Shown: one piece after another, positions 29,236-30,930 of the stretch
How positions within the stretch are numbered: position 1 is the first letter of the stretch
Layout: each line of letters starts with the position of its first letter
From: Coleofasciculus sp. B1-GNL1-01
Lineage (GTDB): Bacteria > Cyanobacteriota > Cyanobacteriia > Cyanobacteriales > Coleofasciculaceae
Length of the DNA: 30,930 nt
Strand: one strand, 5' to 3'
Assembly: GCA_040220235.1 (NCBI GenBank)
Contig: JAVJTO010000170.1
Notes under the pieces: generated by a model
What the model was told of the DNA's origin: nothing
Databases searched by the model: none
What the model saw: only the letters and a program-made list of their open reading frames with translations
Program-made: the position numbers and the translations under genes

Positions 29236-30672
29236 TTACAAGTCTCGACGCGAGAGAAGAGCATCGCACCATTCCCACAAATGAGATTCGTACGTCTCAT
29301 AACCCGGAGCAACCGGCAGCCTATAGCAGTATCGATACTTAACCGTAGGGAGATGCCCCTGGGGGGCATGGGGACTGTAGAAAAGGTTGTCGTCTCTAAT
29401 CCAACTCTTATTCACACGCCAACCCACGGTATCACCAAACGCACATAATACGCCTAAATTATACACGCCTTGCCCCCCTACACTTTGCCAAATTTGCTTT
29501 TGCACAGAAAAACCAAAGCGTCCGTTACTGTATTTTACCCAGAGACGGTCAATCGTTCGCAGGTCAGTGCAAGGGAATTTTCCAATATCTTCTCTGGTTA
29601 CATCCAACCAGTATTTTTTGCCGATAACAGCCAGCATTTTATCTGCCGTTTCTTCATCGGCTGCTTTCCATTTTCCAGCCGCTAATAAATCTTGCAGTCG
29701 GCGGTAATCGACCTTCTCCGACACACCGACTACCGGACCGCTTTCGACATTTGGTTGTGGTTCCTGGTCCACTGGTTGTAGTGGTGTTAATAAATCTCGC
29801 AGTCGGCGGTAATCGATACCACATTCTGAACTCAAATCATCATCCAAATTCTCAGGAATCAATAACCGCAACCATTCCGACACCGATTGAGGACGATTTT
29901 CCGGTTGCAGTTCCATTCCCGTCAAAATCCCTTGATTCACCCTATCACTCAGAGTTGAATTCAGCGCCTGTGGTGGTTGTAACGAATCCCGCACCACTCG
30001 CATAAATGCTGGCGGTGGTACTTTTGTCGTCAGTAGACAATACAGCGTCGCCGCCAACCCATACACATCCGTATATTCTCCCCGATGTGCCTGCTCATCA
30101 TACTGCTCAATCGGCGCAAACCCTGGTGTGACATGAACACTATGAGTTTGGGTTAGATTGGGGATAAATTCTCTAGCAATACCAAAATCAATTAGTACCG
30201 CTTCTGATACACCAGAACGCACCATAATATTCTGGGGTTTTAAATCTCGATGCAATAATCCCTTATCATGAACCACCGTCAGCGCTTCCCCAATCTGCTG
30301 GATATAGCCTAATGCTTCAGCTTCCGATAAAGGACTACGATTTCTCACCCGTCGCCATAAATCTTCCCCCTGGATATATTCCATGGCGATACAGGGAAGG
30401 GATTGTTCATGAAAAACATTTTCAATCTGGACAATATGGGGATGTCTACATACAGCTAATCGGGTAGCTTCCTGTTCAAAATCTCGTTGGTATTTATCGC
30501 GAAACTCGCTAAAGTCGGGATTCGTCATCACCTCGTCTTTCAGGGTTTTGATGACGAGGGGGTTGCCTTTTTTGTTTTTTGCCAGGTAGGTGATACCAAA
30601 GCCACCTTGACCGAGTTTTCGTTCAATGACGTAGCGACGACCGTATAATTGCTGTCCCTTGAGCCAGACCAT
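29236..30672 (-). CDS. Ser/Thr protein kinase fused to a C-terminal GUN4-like domain
   Basis: LGQGGFGITY, VIK, HRDLKPQN, DFG, GFAPIEQ, DVYGLAAT; GUN4 motifs DY..L.DLL....WK.AD.ET, FPC.DL.TID.LW..YS.GRFGFSVQK.IW, GWR, AP.GHLP. Confidence 0.93.
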   Translation of the reverse strand: MVWLKGQQLYGRRYVIERKLGQGGFGITYLAKNKKGNPLVIKTLKDEVMTNPDFSEFRDKYQRDFEQEATRLAVCRHPHIVQIENVFHEQSLPCIAMEYIQGEDLWRRVRNRSPLSEAEALGYIQQIGEALTVVHDKGLLHRDLKPQNIMVRSGVSEAVLIDFGIAREFIPNLTQTHSVHVTPGFAPIEQYDEQAHRGEYTDVYGLAATLYCLLTTKVPPPAFMRVVRDSLQPPQALNSTLSDRVNQGILTGMELQPENRPQSVSEWLRLLIPENLDDDLSSECGIDYRRLRDLLTPLQPVDQEPQPNVESGPVVGVSEKVDYRRLQDLLAAGKWKAADEETADKMLAVIGKKYWLDVTREDIGKFPCTDLRTIDRLWVKYSNGRFGFSVQKQIWQSVGGQGVYNLGVLCAFGDTVGWRVNKSWIRDDNLFYSPHAPQGHLPTVKYRYCYRLPVAPGYETYESHLWEWCDALLSRRDL

Positions 30673-30766
30673 TGATGATTTTTGCGATAATCCTGTCTTG
30701 ATTGTGCCACAATCGCTGGATGGAATCGGGATGTTTGTTGATTAGGGGTGTCATTGTTAAGCTATA

Positions 30767-30828
30767 AACCCCTCACCCCCAGCCCCTCTCCCAACCCCCC
30801 TCGTTCCCCCCTACAAGAGGCAGGGCTA
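30767..30828. repeat. C-rich REP-like element
   Basis: CCCCTCACCCCCAGCCCCTCTCCC...; partial. Confidence 0.5.
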
Positions 30829-30930
30829 ATTCATTGTGATGAGAGAAAATTAGGGCAACCAGGACTATTCATACCAAATCCGATTGCGAGAACCACCTTA
30901 TAAATTAGAACAGCAAAATGCCATCAACAA

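Noticed and set aside
29236..29400. Classical DGR variable repeat
   Set aside because: No template repeat or reverse transcriptase in the window, and the domain is GUN4 rather than C-type lectin; a remote DGR cannot be excluded without a genome search.
610..30005. Numerous short ORFs antisense to or overlapping long genes (e.g. 2945..3307, 7376..7837, 16914..17309, 29116..29448, 29387..29707)
   Set aside because: Shadow ORFs of well-supported genes or of intergenic repeats, with no independent motifs.

Overview
Chromosomal window from a filamentous cyanobacterium, inferred from many HIP1 GCGATCGC octamers, heptamer STRR tracts and dense REP/MITE-like intergenic palindromes (Coleofasciculus-like style, by inference). 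Gene content in order: the 3' end of an RRXRR-family (IsrB/IscB-like, IS200/IS605) gene that the ORF track missed, fdhD and a FdhF/YdeP molybdoenzyme, a DEAD-box helicase of the phosphorothioation-associated type, a BtuF-like binding protein, a B12 radical SAM protein, an AI-2E transporter, aroK, a response regulator, a Crp/Fnr regulator, an atypical signal peptidase I (catalytic Lys replaced by His), a PhoD-like phosphatase, an operon of circularly permuted ATP-grasp / alpha-E / transglutaminase / TldD behind an NtcA-type box, a two-gene cassette flanked by direct repeats, gltB without an adjacent gltD, a DUF6883/DUF4926-like pair, a 5'-truncated Uma2 gene, and a Ser/Thr kinase-GUN4 fusion. 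The most striking signal is at the 3' end of the kinase-GUN4 gene. A palindrome-rich segment after the conserved GHLP motif is followed by a 39-nt tail that gives a short, stop-terminated, GUN4-like end in all three frames (LLSRRDL*, SSLASRLVKCNI*, FSRVETCKM*). This suggests a frameshift-tolerant system for diversifying the C-terminus.
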